Source of the DNA: a virus
Lineage: Duplodnaviria > Caudoviricetes
Reading direction: 5' to 3' (one strand)
IMG/VR virus record: IMGVR_UViG_3300046837_000072
Coordinates: 1 to 44,037 of that record
DNA length: 44,037 nucleotides
The notes beneath the pieces were generated by a model. It made no database searches, had not been told where the DNA came from, and was given only the letters and a program-made list of their open reading frames with translations. Shown here piece after piece: positions 24,713 through 35,600 of this stretch. Made by a program: the position numbers and the translations under genes. Position 1 is the first letter of the stretch; every line of letters starts with the position of its first letter.

Positions 24713-25951
24713 ATGAGCGATGAGCAGAATCTGAGTGGCGAGCAGGAGCATGCAATCGAGATGTGTTGCGATGTGACCAATCGTATCGCAGGGGTTACGG
24801 GTGGGGCAGGCACAGGCAAGACGCTAGTGCTTGGTCATGTGTACCGAGAACTAGCCAAGAGGTACAAGGTTGCTCTATGCGCTCCAACAGGCAGAGCAGC
24901 CAAGCGCATATACGAGCTTACCGGCATCCAAGCGAAGACGATTCACAAGTTGTTGGAGTTTCCGCAGCCTGGCAGCGATCCGATATTCGGTGATGGCGAT
25001 GAGGAAGTCGAGAACATACACGAGCCAAGACGGAACGCAGCCAACCCATTCGAGGAGTTCGTCATTCTCGTTGACGAGTCGTCTATGGTGGGGCCTGAGC
25101 TATACAGGCAAATGATAAATGCGCTTCAGAAGAAGGGCGTAATCAGGTTCTTTGGTGACAACAACCAACTGCTCCCGGTCGAGGAGGGCGATCCGCCGTT
25201 CAGGACAGTGCTAGAGAAGTTCCCAGCGGTGAAGCTGACGTTCAACTTTCGATCAGGCGATGAAATTGTTAGTAACGCGTACCGGATACTGCATGGACAG
25301 GTGCCAGTTCGCAGTCCGAGATTCGATGTCTGGTATACGGACTATCCCGTGTTGGCATTGATTAGGCATATGGAAAAGCATCCAGAGTTCGGAGATGATA
25401 GTAGTCAGATCATCATGCCTACTCGCAAGGGGAACGTCGGGACGCTGCGTATCAATCCATCCATACAGGTGAAGCTGAACAAGGGTAAGGAACTGCTGCG
25501 ACTACCGAGGTTCGACAAGCACGAGAACGAGTTGGTTGTGCGCGCGAATGACAAGTTTCTATGGGTCAAGAACGACTACGCGCTGTCCATGTTCAATGGT
25601 GAGATTGGGCGCGTGGATAGAATTGATACGGAGGATGGAACGTTGTGGCTGAAGAATGAGGATGGACGGTGTATCGAAGTGCCGCCGAGCATTCGCACGT
25701 ATAACACGTACCTGCGATGCGTAATCAATTACGATCCTCGCAAGCAGATCGAGTTGGGCTACGCGATCACGACACACAAGTCCCAGGGCAGTGAGTTCGA
25801 GCAGGTGATCTACTGCATATCAGCAGCGTCGGCATTCCTGCTGAACCGCAACAACTTTTACACAGCCATAACGCGAGCCAAGAGTAAGGTGATTGTCATT
25901 ACTGATCGTCGTGCCATGATGCTCGGCCTGCGAAGGGAGAAGCGTGTGTGA
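24713..25951 (+). CDS. RecD/Dda-like SF1B DNA helicase
   Basis: GGAGTGKT, APTGRAA, TIHKLL, VDESSM, GDNNQL, YAITTHKSQGSEF, YTAITRAK. Confidence 0.92.
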   Translation: MSDEQNLSGEQEHAIEMCCDVTNRIAGVTGGAGTGKTLVLGHVYRELAKRYKVALCAPTGRAAKRIYELTGIQAKTIHKLLEFPQPGSDPIFGDGDEEVENIHEPRRNAANPFEEFVILVDESSMVGPELYRQMINALQKKGVIRFFGDNNQLLPVEEGDPPFRTVLEKFPAVKLTFNFRSGDEIVSNAYRILHGQVPVRSPRFDVWYTDYPVLALIRHMEKHPEFGDDSSQIIMPTRKGNVGTLRINPSIQVKLNKGKELLRLPRFDKHENELVVRANDKFLWVKNDYALSMFNGEIGRVDRIDTEDGTLWLKNEDGRCIEVPPSIRTYNTYLRCVINYDPRKQIELGYAITTHKSQGSEFEQVIYCISAASAFLLNRNNFYTAITRAKSKVIVITDRRAMMLGLRREKRV

Positions 25952-26478
25952 GTCAAACATATGTGATCTTCACAGGTCCGTCACAGAGTGGGAAGACGCT
26001 TGCCGCATCGTTGCTTGTAGCGGCGTTGCGAAGCATGGGCCTGCTGGCTATGCATCACTCATTCACGTCTCCCATGAGGCAGTATCTTGGCGCGCTGTTG
26101 GGTCGAAAGGCAAGTGCGATCAGACTGGAAGAGTCAATGGGGGAGTTGTTGTGGAAGACGCCGAGGGACTTCTTGAGGCTAGAGGCAGCGCATCTTAGGT
26201 TCAATTATGGACCGAACGTCATGGGCAAGATGCTTCAGACGAGGGCTAAGGAGAATGTGATTAATCCTAAATACATTGTGGTGGATGACGGTACGAACGT
26301 TCTGGATTGCCGCGTGTTGGGCAATTATAGATTGATCCAGATCACACGCGATAGTGTGGAACGCGTCTATCCGTTCATGATCCCGAACGCACATGTAGTC
26401 ATCCGCAACAATGGTTCGATTGCGGAACTCGAGGTGAAGATGAAGCTAGTTGCTGACAAATTGGAGGAGGACAAATGA
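25948..26478 (+). CDS. P-loop dNMP-kinase-like protein
   Basis: IFTGPSQSGKT, SFTSPMR, TPRDFL, VVDDG and IRNNGS follow the phage dNMP kinase layout. Confidence 0.6.
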   Translation: MSQTYVIFTGPSQSGKTLAASLLVAALRSMGLLAMHHSFTSPMRQYLGALLGRKASAIRLEESMGELLWKTPRDFLRLEAAHLRFNYGPNVMGKMLQTRAKENVINPKYIVVDDGTNVLDCRVLGNYRLIQITRDSVERVYPFMIPNAHVVIRNNGSIAELEVKMKLVADKLEEDK

Positions 26479-28946
26479 GTGTAGCTGAGGAGTTTGTTGC
26501 AATAGCGCAGGGATTTGGGCTTGAGCCGAGAGCTATATCCAGCGGTCCAGAGGATGCAGAGATTGCGTTCATTGGTGAAGGGCTGGGTGAGGTTGAGGTC
26601 AGGAAGAATGCGCCGTTTGTAGGTAAGTCTGGTCAACTGCTGTGGAAGCATGTCGCACGGTATGGGCTAGCACAAGGCGGTGTGTATTCAACCAACGTCA
26701 TTAAACGTCAGATCAGTGCATCAAGCAATGACGCATTCAAGGTGCATCGCGACGAGCTTGCGCAGTGGCAGGAGTTGCTCAGGTGGGAACTGGCGCAGTT
26801 GCCGAACCTGAAAACGGTTGTGCTGCTGGGTAACTACGCGCTGTCGGCCATCCTGAACAAGGAAGGCATAGGCTCGTGGCGTGGGTCTGTTGTTGATATT
26901 GACTTGCCGAATGGTAAGCATGGCAGGGCGATCTGTGCCAACAATCCAGCGTATCTGCTGCACGAGCCTAAGTCTGAAATCACGTTCATGATGGATATGC
27001 AGAAGGTTGGGAAGGTCATCACAGGTAAGTTCAAACCACATGAGGTGGATGCAATCATCAATCCAGGGTATCGTGATGTGATGATGTTCATGGACGATCT
27101 GATGCGCAGCGACAAGCCGGTAGCTGCTGACATCGAAGGATTGAATGGCGAGACAGCATGCATGGGATTGGCAAACGAAGCGCATCGCGCCATATGTATC
27201 AACTTCAGAGATGCTGACCGCAATCGGTTTACGCTTCGTGAGGAGTGTGAGATATGGATGCGGATACAGAAGCTGTTTGACTCACACAAGGTCATCGCAC
27301 AGAACGGAGGATTCGATGCGTATTGGTGCTGGCTTCGAGATTGGCTACGCATTCATGTATACTTTGACACGCTGCTTGCGCATCACACTCTCTATCCGCA
27401 ACTTCCGCATAATCTTGGTTATCTCACTGCCCAATATACGAATCATCCGTATTACAAAGACGAGGGCGACTACTGGAAAGAGGGCGGAGACATCAATGAG
27501 TTTTGGGTCTACAACTGTCGTGATGCCGCCATCACCTGGGCTGTCGCGGAGAGAGAACAGTTCGAACTGAAGAACCAGAAGCTGGACAAGTTCTTCTTCG
27601 ATCATGTGATGCGAGCGCAGCCACACTTGGTCCAAGCGACTGTGCATGGGTTGCCAGTAGACACCACGGTCAAGGCGGCGATTGCACAAGAGATCGACAA
27701 GGACGTGGACGATCTGGAGCGTGAGTTCCATCGGCTTGTGCATGAGTGTGTGGATGACACAACGTACTTTCCCAATCCGGCATCATGGCAGCAGTTACGT
27801 GAACTGTTCTTTGGACGGCTCAGCCTGAATGGTGTTGGGCTGTCAACGGATAAGACGAATCGCGATCACATAATGAAGCATGCAAGGACGCGGCCTGTCG
27901 AGCGTGAGATGCTTGCTGCGCTCAACAAGTACAAGACTGAGGATAAGTTCCGAGGCACGTACGCGCAGTCGAAGGAGTCGAAGGATGGTCGGTTCAGGTT
28001 CGAGTTCAAGCAGTTCGGTGTGCAGAACGCACCAGGAAGGTTGTCGTCGTCTGCGTTAATCAACGGAGAGGGTGGTAACATTCAGAACCAACCGATGCGC
28101 GCCAGAGGATTCTTCATTGCTGATCCTGGATGCGTATACATATACTTTGATCTAGCGCAGGCAGAGGCTCAGGTGGTGTCGTTCAGGGCGGACATACCGA
28201 AATGGAAGGAGCAGTTTGCCAGGGCGAAGCGTGACGGTAGCTACGACTGTCATCGTGCGCTGGCGTCAGAGATGTTCAGTGTGCCATATGCCCAGGTGCC
28301 GACAAAGGATTGGGACGAAGACAACCATCCGACGATGCGCTACATATCGAAGCGTTGTCGGCATGGACTGAACTATCGCATGGAGCGGTTCAAGTTGTCT
28401 GAAGTGACTGGTCTACCATATCACACTGCTGCACGGGCATTCATGCTGTACCACAAGATTACGCCAGAGTTGCAGGACTGGTGGGCGGAGGAGGAAAGGG
28501 TATTCAAGAAGGAGCGAATGCTGTTCAATGCACTTGGAAGGAGGTTCAGGGTGTTGCAGCCTGTCGATGATGAAGTCTCCAAGTCGGTTGTGGCGTTCTA
28601 TCCCCAGAGCACAATCGGGGATAAGGTTGTGCAAGTATGGTATCAGGCAGAGGAGGATGATGATTGGCCGAAGGGTCATGCGCGTGTCGCCATCAATGTA
28701 CATGACAATCTGGTTGGCATTGCTGAGACGAAGTATGCCAAAGTGGCCTTGCGCATCCTGAAGAAGTACGCGGAGAGCCCGCTACTCATTCAGGATGCTT
28801 GGGGTCGGAGGCCGGCTGAACCATTGTCCATCGGTGCAGACTGCAAGATTTCATACCCGACAAGCTGGGACGAGAAGACGAAACGATTTGTCGAGGACGC
28901 CAAGGGTCTGCACCGATGGAGTAACATGAAGAGTATCGAGCTATGA
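26475..28946 (+). CDS. Family A DNA polymerase with N-terminal uracil-DNA-glycosylase-like domain and 3'-5' exonuclease
   Basis: UDG-like FIGEGLG..PFVGKSG..TNVIK..VLLGNYAL. Exonuclease motifs ADIE, QNGGFD, YNCRD. Polymerase motifs GRLSS, FDLAQAE, RYISKRCRHGLNY, NVHD. Confidence 0.92.
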   Translation: MSVAEEFVAIAQGFGLEPRAISSGPEDAEIAFIGEGLGEVEVRKNAPFVGKSGQLLWKHVARYGLAQGGVYSTNVIKRQISASSNDAFKVHRDELAQWQELLRWELAQLPNLKTVVLLGNYALSAILNKEGIGSWRGSVVDIDLPNGKHGRAICANNPAYLLHEPKSEITFMMDMQKVGKVITGKFKPHEVDAIINPGYRDVMMFMDDLMRSDKPVAADIEGLNGETACMGLANEAHRAICINFRDADRNRFTLREECEIWMRIQKLFDSHKVIAQNGGFDAYWCWLRDWLRIHVYFDTLLAHHTLYPQLPHNLGYLTAQYTNHPYYKDEGDYWKEGGDINEFWVYNCRDAAITWAVAEREQFELKNQKLDKFFFDHVMRAQPHLVQATVHGLPVDTTVKAAIAQEIDKDVDDLEREFHRLVHECVDDTTYFPNPASWQQLRELFFGRLSLNGVGLSTDKTNRDHIMKHARTRPVEREMLAALNKYKTEDKFRGTYAQSKESKDGRFRFEFKQFGVQNAPGRLSSSALINGEGGNIQNQPMRARGFFIADPGCVYIYFDLAQAEAQVVSFRADIPKWKEQFARAKRDGSYDCHRALASEMFSVPYAQVPTKDWDEDNHPTMRYISKRCRHGLNYRMERFKLSEVTGLPYHTAARAFMLYHKITPELQDWWAEEERVFKKERMLFNALGRRFRVLQPVDDEVSKSVVAFYPQSTIGDKVVQVWYQAEEDDDWPKGHARVAINVHDNLVGIAETKYAKVALRILKKYAESPLLIQDAWGRRPAEPLSIGADCKISYPTSWDEKTKRFVEDAKGLHRWSNMKSIEL

Positions 28947-29212
28947 CGATCAGACCAATTTTCGCTTGGTATGATTTGTGGATTGGTGCGTTCTGGGATC
29001 GGAGCGCACGCAAGCTCTACATTCTGCCGCTACCTTGTATTGGCATGGTTGTGGCGTTTGAGTCAAACAGACGGAGAGGAAGGATGGATGCAGACGCTAA
29101 CATCAACAGGCTCATCGACTACATTGCTGCGCTGGAGGCTGAGATCGACTACATTGCTGTGCTGGAGGCTGAGATCGAACAGCTGCGGACGGCGCTCAAG
29201 AAATCCCCATGA
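28943..29212 (+). CDS. Hypothetical protein with an internal 10-aa duplication
   Basis: FAWYDLWIGAFWD N-terminus; 30-nt tandem repeat at 29114-29173. Confidence 0.65.
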   Translation: MTIRPIFAWYDLWIGAFWDRSARKLYILPLPCIGMVVAFESNRRRGRMDADANINRLIDYIAALEAEIDYIAVLEAEIEQLRTALKKSP

Positions 29213-29394
29213 GCTATCGGGAACGAGTAAAGGCCCAAACCCTGAAATGGGCCATGGGAGCACCGTACCACAATCTAATTGACGACGAATGCTGCCCGGA
29301 CTTCTCGTGTTGCCAGCCCGATCTATTCGAGAAGGACGACGCCAAGCGATGGGAAGCGTATCTTCGTTACCTAGAGCAAAATCCCATGGTTTAG
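29209..29394 (+). CDS. Cys-rich hypothetical protein
   Basis: ECCPDFSCCQP motif; last plus-strand gene, and its stop overlaps the convergent gene's stop. Confidence 0.7.
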   Translation: MSYRERVKAQTLKWAMGAPYHNLIDDECCPDFSCCQPDLFEKDDAKRWEAYLRYLEQNPMV

Positions 29395-29618
29395 TGCAGC
29401 TTCTCAATCTCGCGAGTAGCACGCCATTGAGCGATCTGGCCCGGAAGTATAAACTTCTGGGCCTTTTTGTCTGCGGCGAGTGTACGCAGGAAGGCTATCA
29501 CATCACCGTCGCGTATGTTGCCACCGGCTTTCTTGATGATGTCGGACTGCCTTCGTCCTTGCGTGCCGCCTTCGATCATGAAGCGTGTGATCTTGACTTG
29601 CCAGTCTTCATCCTTCAT
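29391..29618 (-). CDS. Small hypothetical protein, possibly winged-helix
   Basis: 75 aa, ATGA-coupled to the giant gene. It has a helix-helix-helix then hairpin pattern ending in QWRAT. Confidence 0.55.
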   Translation of the reverse strand: MKDEDWQVKITRFMIEGGTQGRRQSDIIKKAGGNIRDGDVIAFLRTLAADKKAQKFILPGQIAQWRATREIEKLH

Positions 29619-32600
29619 TGGCCTTGTCCTTGTTGGTATTGTTCAGCGGCAGTATTCGCCAGGTCTGTTTGAGTCGGTGCGCCATACGGATCAAGGTCTT
29701 CTATCTTGATTGGTCTTTGGTATATCCTGGACATGTCACGTTCTACTTCGCTGATGGCATCGTTTATCCCACGTGCAGCATGTTGTTGATTATATGCATA
29801 GAAGTTCCGCACTTCTATCGGGTTCTTCCAGTTCACGTTAGCGTTCTGTAGCTCTCGCATGACTGTGGGACGCGCTTGGATTTGCTTCTCCCAAGTGACT
29901 TGATTGCCTGGGTCGATGTTTATCATTGTGCGTAGAGCTTTACCGGCGTCACTGTACCGCCTCCATAGCGATTTGTAGCCCATGCCGCCCTTCTCAAGTG
30001 AGTCGCTCTCTACACGCGCATGCAGGAACTGAATGAACTTTAGGTACAGCGGATTGGTCGGCTCCTTCTGTTTAAGCCCTGGTATCTCAGGTGCTATAGG
30101 CTTGCCAAGACGTGCCGTTGCCATCATTTCACCGCTTCTACTGAGCGGTCTGGCATGATCGATGTGAGCTACTCCGGTCGTACCGTAGGTATTGAAGTAG
30201 CCAACAATTCTGTCAGTAGCCTTTCGCCGATTCATCATCTCGGCTGTAACACGCGTGTTGCCAGATAGTGGCTTGCTCATACCCATAAGGTTTCCGACCA
30301 CAGGCGTACGCCTCAATGCCAGATTTCCGGTTGCCTTCATAGCATTCGTGAGCGCATCACCTAGGCCGCTTTCAGTATGTGCAGCAGCATTGTATCCTGC
30401 TAGAGTCATGTCAGCCATAGCTGGCCATATGGCTCTGAACACGCTCGACATTCTCTGCGACACTTCTTTGTTTGAGTCAATATATTTGTCGCCCCTACGC
30501 ATATACACATCGCCGCCAAGATCAACGTTTCCGGTGTTTTGCCCTAGCAGTCCACCAGTCATCCAGTCAGGCAGTAACGCTCCATAGTTTGCAGGTGGTG
30601 CAACACCAGTAGCTTCGAACAAGGCTTGTGCTATCGGATGCATGGGCGGCATCACTGCAAGGTCAAGGAATGCAGTCAGAGCAGCCTGTGCATCTTGCTT
30701 CATGGTCCATATGTTCTTTCCATACAGATGGTCCATTGCAGCTTCTGTCATCATTTTCAATGGCGAAAGTTCCTGGAACGGCGACCGGAACTCAATCCCC
30801 TGCGCCGCTGGAAGTCCTGGAACGGCTAGGTAATACGACATGGCTTTGTCATACTCGTTTCGACCATTCATCATATGGTCAACGTACGGAACGCCTTGTG
30901 GATCCTTTCCCTGGCTGACATTGTACCAGTAAGTAAGTGCCGATGGAAGCGAACCGTACATGAACGATCTAGCTAGGAACTCTGTTGGATTAGCACGAAG
31001 CGCAGCCGGGAATCGTTTAGCACCCTGAATGGCCATGTTGTGCCAAGGAGCAGCTACACGCAGAAACTCGTTCGGTGCTACCCATGCATATTGGGCAGCC
31101 TTTCCGGCCGTTAGTGCTGCGTATCTTTTGAGGCCAGTCACTTGATCCCCAGGATCATACGTGATCTTCTTGCCGCTAGGCGTGTAGTATCGGCCTGTGA
31201 TTAGTGGATCGCCTGCCATGTCATTAGCTTCCAAGTGCAGGCGATTGTACGTCTCCTCCATTATTTGTTCGTGCGTCGCACCCGGACCCATTTCCTTACC
31301 GACCTGACGTGCCACATGACGCAGGTTGCGCTGTATGTATGCAAACTGCGGCATGCTGTGCAGCGCATTGATTGTATGTTTCGCACCTTCGAGCGCCGTC
31401 ATCGTACCACGCGTCCCCGGAGTTTGCTTTAGGCGCTCTATCGCTTTGTCTATTGCGTTGTTCTGCAAGTGCCGGTTCTCACCTTGACGTAGGAAGCCAG
31501 CAGTATGCGTGCCCCTAGCTTCCATTTGAGCAAGTGTGCTGCGCAAGTATGCATTGCTGAGTACTGTAGATAGGTGATTTGCCGCTGTCTCACCAAAAGC
31601 CTTTCTTAGCCAGTTACCGCTTGTCGCATTGAGTGAATGTGCTGCATACTTTGCTAGCCTTGGGCCAAGCTGTGATACAAGCGCATAGGGCAGCGTGCCC
31701 GGTCCAAGCGGGACGCCTGTGAGCCCCACTGTTTGCCTTATTCCAAGAAGGCTGGGCGGTCTGCGAGGGAGTTGCGGGAATGGAATTACTCCAAGTTTCC
31801 TACCCATAACCATTCGCGGGATTATCCTTCCTGGCCCCATGCCTCCGCGTGCAGTTCCAGCAGTTATTTGACCTATATGCCAGTTACGGAGCGCATCCGT
31901 AAGAGCAAACCACGGAGCCATCAAGCCTGTAGTATTGGCCACGAATCCTCGCCTGGAGGCATCCAGTAGATGCGTGAGCGAGTTGGACGCGAAGTGATAT
32001 GGGTCCATCCTAAGTAGGTCAGCCATCGTTTGACTATTCGCTAACCAATGCTCACGCATGCCACGACGCCTAATCGTCACGGTACGATAGTGCAGCTTTG
32101 GTGATTGTCTTAGCTCCGCTGCTGTGATTGGCCTGAACATGCCACGACTACCAGGGTTGCGATGGAGGGCATCGAGCGTCTGACCAACTGCCTCATTAGT
32201 TAGGCGCTTACGCATGCCTCTACGAACAAAGTCAATTGCCGACCCAACAGGATCGGGTCGCTTGATAGGCTGACCATTGGCATCGTGCGGCCCAGGGCTT
32301 CTGTCACGACGCCCCTGTGGAACCTCATTAGGATTGTAGGCATTCGCTTCGGCATGTTGTTTGTTTGTGATGGTTCCGAACTCACCTTCCGCCATAGCAC
32401 GACGCATCTCTAGTATGTTCTCACGGTACAGGCCACGCACTCGTACGAAGTCAGGATTTTGCTGCTCTGCGTCTCGAATGTATTGCGCCACGTCAGCTTC
32501 GCTCATGCCATGTAGCGTAGGCACACCAGGCTGTGGGTTCTTTTTCTTGGCAAGAGAACGCTGCATTGCTTGTAGTTGGTCAAGCATATCGTTCGCATGT

Positions 32601-35600
32601 AGATAGTCATTGAAGCCATCATGGTTCTGTGCATACTTCTGAATCTCTGGCAATGCTGTGCTAGCTTCGTACCGAACAGCCGGAGTTATAGCACGTCCTT
32701 CCGCTGCCGCCGAGTTTGCGATAGAAGATGCCTGGCCTCCAGTAAAGACCCTAAGTGTCTCCTTGACTCGTCGAAGCTCCTCCGGGTCCATGCCTGCCCT
32801 TCTGGCATAGCGTGTGAGTGCGGCAGCTTGATCATCGCCTATGCGCGCGTAATCACCAGGGCCGAACGAAGTCTGCGGAACAGCAGGATATGTCGGCTGT
32901 GGAAACTGTGGCGCATTGGGATTAACTGGCGGTGCCGCAGGCGGTGTTTGACTCACACGGGGAGTTGTCGGTACGGACGTAGGTGCTGGCGCAGCAGGAG
33001 GCGTAGGTGCAGGGGGAGGCTGCAACTGCGACTGTCGTACCATTTCAGGGTCTACCTCGACATAGCCAGGAGGCGGCCATGCCGGTGCAGGAGGCGGTAC
33101 GATTTCTGCATTGATGGGCGCAGGTGCATGCGCAGCAGGACCAACAGTGCCCGGCTTCGCTACGATAGGAACTCGCGGTGCCTTCCTAGGCGCAGTTGCT
33201 GCCGCAGGCGGTAAAGGTGCTACAGACCCAGGAGCCCCAGGCTTTATGTCGCTCAGTTCCGGCAGCTTCTCCTTCAGTGCATTCAGTTCGTCGATGGGGC
33301 TCTTCGCAGCCGCAGCAGCTTCTTCAGCAGCCTTCCTAGCGGCTACTGCTCGCGGATTGAGTCCGAGCCCACGAAGGTTTGTGCCAGCCATCCTGCGGTT
33401 TTTGGGCGGCGCAAGTTGTGGCGCAGGCGGCAGTTTGGGCTCAGGGGCTACTGCTGCCTCCGGTGCAGGTGGCAGTTCGGGCTTTGCAGCTTCACGTTCA
33501 GCAAGTAGCTGACCTACGGGGCTCAGGCCGGTCTTGCCAGGTTCGACAGTCTGTGTAGGAGGTGCTTCGATAGCTTCGTCGGGAAGGAACTGTCCAGTTT
33601 CGGGGTCTCTTGGACGTACAGGCAGATCATGCGGGACAAATCGTCCAGTCTCAGGGTCTATCGGGTATCGGAATTTTCCACCACCACCCATACCGAGTGC
33701 ATGCGTTTCCATCGTAGCGGACGGGAATCTTGCACCTACGACATTCATAGCTGCTTCCGTCGCGGCTGCTGCGGCTCGATCCTCTGGCAAAGAAGAATAG
33801 CCCATCGGCCCGATGCCAAGCGCCTTGCCAAGCCATGTGCTATCCTGCGTCGGGACAGACGACCCTACAGTATCATTGAAGTCACCGACTGGCCCATGTG
33901 CGTACGGGTTGCCTCCAACGTCCATAGCAGTATTTTGAGCCTCTTCCGCTCCACGGTAAAAGCCCTGAGCCGCACGGATGGGTAGTCCCAAAGTGGCTAT
34001 TGCGGCCATCTCGCCTGTGGTCAGTGGTCGCCGCGTATATGGCATACCAGGCTTGTTGTACAGCTTCTGAGCCTCATGCGACATCGAGCGCAGCTCTTCG
34101 TCTGTGAAGTTCGGCGGTGTTGTCTCTTCATATGTTGGCGTCAAGCCTCGACGCATCCTATCCAATGCCTCCGGTGCCATGAAGGCGCCCTTGGACATGC
34201 CAATCGTAGGATCGACCATTGCGTCCATAACATTGATCGTCTGCGGATTGCCATCAGCACCAGTCACCGTGACTGAATGGAACGGAGGCGCCATGCCAGC
34301 AAAGTTAGGAACCTGAGCAGGAATCGAAGAAGGTTGCAAGTTCACCGGCGATGCAGGCAGGTTTAAGCTCTTCACATAGTCTTGCAGATTCTGTGTCTCG
34401 ATATTCGGCTGAGAGAGTGTTTGACTCAAACCAAATCCTCGCGAAGGCGGGGATAGTGCTTGTGCCATCTGGTACGGAGTCTGATCTTCTTCGCCAACGT
34501 CTGGGCTTGCGTCTGACATTTCGCTCGGGTTGATTTCAGCATACTGCGCACCTTCGTACGGCTCAGGGCTCGCATCCGACCTAATACCTGTGTCGAGCAT
34601 TGCATATTGACGACCGCGAGGCTGCGTAGTGCCTACATCGCGCATCTGCGGTGTGTAAGCGCCCAAGCTGTTGATCCACTTGAGGTCTTTGAGTTCATGC
34701 ACAAAACGTTCGCCAGTTCCCGGATTGAATGCAATATTCGCACCGTCGGAGCGATTACGACCACTCTCGTTTCCAGTAGCGAAGTTACTAACGTTTGATC
34801 CTTGTAGTGCGTTGGTGGCAAGGTTGTTGATACGGCCTTGAATGTCGGGTCCGTAGCCATGACCGAGTTGGCTCATAGTCGATTGAGGATAGTACCTAGA
34901 GTCTTGGATAGCCCTGGTCAGTGAGTAGCCTCGGGATAGCGCACGATTCATTACAGACTCGATATAAGCCTGCTCCGCCTGTGGTCCTTGTCCACCGACT
35001 TCGGCCTGCGTCGAAGCTGCAAGTAGCCTACGTACGTTCGGGTTTTGAAGTTCAGTACCGAACTTAGCCTGTCGCGCCTGCGCTAAGGTCTGGACAGGCA
35101 CGCCCTCGAAGGACGGTTGAGCAGATGACCGAATGGACGACGCAGGCGCACGATAGCCAGGACCGGCTACATTTGATGGTTCTGCAAAAGGCTGCTGATC
35201 GGAAGGCTGTCCCCTGCCGCCGCCACCTGCTAGTTGAACATGCACAGGGTCTCTAGCATACGCACTGCCCTTCAAGAACTCCAGGCCAAACTGACCAGCA
35301 TGCTGGTGCAGCCAGTCAAGCACCGGGCCGTGCGAGACATCCGCCGCAGTACCTCGCTCATGTCGGCTAGTACCAGGTGCTGCTGCTAGTCCACCTTGAC
35401 CCTGTGGTGAATAACGAACGCCACCGAAGGAGACAGAGCGACCTGTATAGTTTGCATAGTATTGCGCCTGAGTCTCTGGCGAACGATACAGATCAGTCAG
35501 AGTCGCTTTGGAACCTGTGGCAGCCTCCGCAGCCTGAATAGCCTGCGAAAGTCTGCTGGCAAATACAGGATTGAGATTGTGCGAACTGAGTCCTTGGCCT

